Shown: piece after piece, positions 61,910 to 64,000 of the stretch
Layout of the letters: every line of letters starts with the position of its first letter
How positions within the stretch are numbered: the first letter of the stretch is position 1
Assembly: GCA_033442325.1 (NCBI GenBank)
Contig: JAWQFM010000003.1
Location: 767,825-831,824 of the forward strand
Reading direction: 5' to 3'
DNA length: 64,000 nt
From: Salpingoeca rosetta
Taxonomy: Eukaryota > Protista > Choanoflagellata
Notes under the pieces: model-generated
Seen by the model: the letters and a program-made list of their open reading frames with translations, nothing else
What the model was told of the DNA's origin: nothing
Databases searched by the model: none
Position numbers and translations under genes: made by a program

Positions 61910-64000
61910 TTTGGAGCACAGAAGGCGTTCGTGCCCCAGGTGCAAGTTGATAGCCAGCCGGGCTCAGCCACCGCCAGTCGAAGGGGGTCTCAGGCCAACC
62001 AGCCCAGGCGCCGACGCTCCACTCGCACACAAGGCCAACAGCAGCAGCAGGAAGCAGAGGCGGAGGAAGGTGAGGAGAAGCGTGGGCGGCATCGACGTAG
62101 CGATTCTGGAGCAGCCGCAGCAGCTGCATCAACTGCGCATCCATCTGAGACTTTAATATCTGGCGACACCCAAGGCCACACCCCTACCACCACATCGTCG
62201 ACAACAGCCTCGCCTCGTCTCTCACGCAAGCAAGCAGGTGCGCATTGTGTACGTGCGTGTGTACGTACATATGTGTGTGTACGTACGTGTGCGTGTGTGT
62301 ACATGTGTTTGTGTGGCGTGCGCGTGTGCGTGTATGCGTCTACATATTTATTCCCTGCGTATCACGTCGTATTCCATCGCTTGCCTGGCTTGTGCAAGCC
62401 AGGAGTCTTGTGTGTCTGCTCAGCTTCATCTGCTGCTGCTTGCGTATTGTCGCTACCATCTCAACATGGCAGGGCATCCACTCACTGCGCCCATTGTTGC
62501 GTGGGCGGATCGAAAAACACGTGCCGAGCTCTTTCACAACACAGAGTACAGCCCAGATATGCAGACTCGAAGGTGTGCATGTAACATCAGTGATGGCATG
62601 AGTGCCTCGCCAGCCGTTCAAATGCTTGCATTGTTATTTGCCATCAATTTGTCATGTTTGTTGCTCCTGCTCTTTGAACTCTGCCTCTTCCTCGAAACGC
62701 CACGACATCACACGACACCACGACACCACACAGCACCACACATCACCACACCACACCGCTCACTGGCCACCACCACAACTGTCCCCTGTGATGTGCCTCA
62801 CACACGCACACACACACACAGTGCCAGCGATATTGTGCTTCAGCAGCACTACACGCACCCAACATCTGGCCTGCCGCCAGCCGTGCGCATTTCCAAACAG
62901 CCGCAACAGCAGCAGCGTCAACAACAACAACAACAGCAGCAGCAGCAGCAGCACCATCGCCAGCGATCACCATCGCCGAGTCCGCACAAAACACAGCGGC
63001 GTGGCTCTGCGCGCTTGTCGGGTTCGCAGGGCCAGCGTCGGCGCGTGTCGCGTGTGCAGCAGCAGGACGCCTCCCGCGCAGCCAGCCCGCGCCGTAGCAT
63101 GGCCCGCCCTGGTGATGGCGCGGACGGCGGCTCTTTGCTGCAGACAGATGCGCAGGCCGAGCAGCAGCGCAGTGGCAACTCGCTCACCATCGAAGACGCA
63201 TTTGCCCTGCAGCCGCAGCTGTTGCACCACCACCACACGCAGCAGCCGGCACCCACCCACTTCCAGCGCAAGGCTGTGTTGCGCTTCTCCTACAAGGAGG
63301 AAATGGCAATGAACAGGGGTTGGGTTGTTGGTGACCTCAACGCATTCAACCCGCAGCGGCAAACCATGCAGGAGTGGGCAGCAGGCCTGGCCCAGGTGCG
63401 CCTGTGCCGTTCGCGCATGGGTGCAAACTACTTTGATGCGCCAGATGCCCCCGCTGACCACCAGGACGTCGAAACCCTGGGCAGCACTCGCAGACAGCAG
63501 CAACAGCAACAACAACAACGGCGGCGTCGTCGTGGACGCGCCGGCAGCAGCGGCAGCGGTGGTGGCAGTAGCAGCAACGGTGGAACCGGCACAGGCATCA
63601 GCGCGAGCATCGATGGCAAGGACGTCACCACGTCCAATGGTGGCACGGCTTACCTTCCACCACTCCGGCGAGCGCCTGTTTCGCCGCGCACCGCGCCTCA
63701 AGCAACATTGAACACGAAAGCTGACGAGGACAGCAGCGCCAGCACTGCAGACACGGACACGGCGCTCAGTACCGCCATCAGCCCGAGCCGGCCGTCCACA
63801 CGTGCGCGGCAGAAGCGCGATGGCCTCCCGCGCTCGCGTGTGTGTGCGGAGGAGCGCTATCGCAGCGGGCGGTTGTTTGTGGCACTCAATGACGGCACAG
63901 GCACTGCTTACTACCCATCCGGCCGCCTTGCCATCTGCACCAGCCTGTGCGCGCATGGCACATACCTGTGGGCGTTTGACGACGCTGAGAGTGGGCAGTT
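60713..64000 (+). CDS. FAM194-domain protein (ERICH6/C3orf20-like), runs off the window end
   Basis: Exons ~60713-62238, ~62473-62573 and ~62822-end are in frame. The last ~150 nt encode EERYRSGRLFVALNDGTGTAYYPSGRLAICTS....YLWAFDD, the DGT..YYPSG.LA motif of FAM194. Confidence 0.7.

Overview
This is 64 kb of gene-dense, intron-rich eukaryotic nuclear DNA with high GC3 and microsatellite-filled introns. The gene content and repeat style suggest a holozoan protist, most likely a choanoflagellate such as Salpingoeca rosetta; that assignment is inference. I reconstructed 15 protein-coding genes by hand from GT/GC-AG junctions. In order: Mia40/CHCHD4 (partial), PCID2, a multi-KH RNA-binding protein, CEP44, an EF-hand/TMEM65 fusion, a PPR protein, mitochondrial LeuRS (interrupted by an assembly gap), PCBD, a FoxN-class forkhead factor, a PDZ protein, exosome MTR3/EXOSC6, a transposase-like orphan ORF, axonemal dynein heavy chain DNAH2, a C1orf87-like EF-hand protein, and a FAM194/ERICH6-like protein (partial). 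The top observation is that the dynein reading frame is best restored by a single-nucleotide exon (AG|T|GTGAGT at 49312), which rebuilds the conserved AAA1 motif N-C-S-D. Other notable points are a TMEM65 flanked by EF-hands, a possibly domesticated transposase DNA-binding domain, a metazoan-type Mia40 N-terminus, a foreign-looking segment inside the LeuRS gene, and an MTR3 gene that runs into its convergent neighbour. No RNA genes or CRISPR arrays were recognised. Family assignments come from recalled motifs, not database searches.
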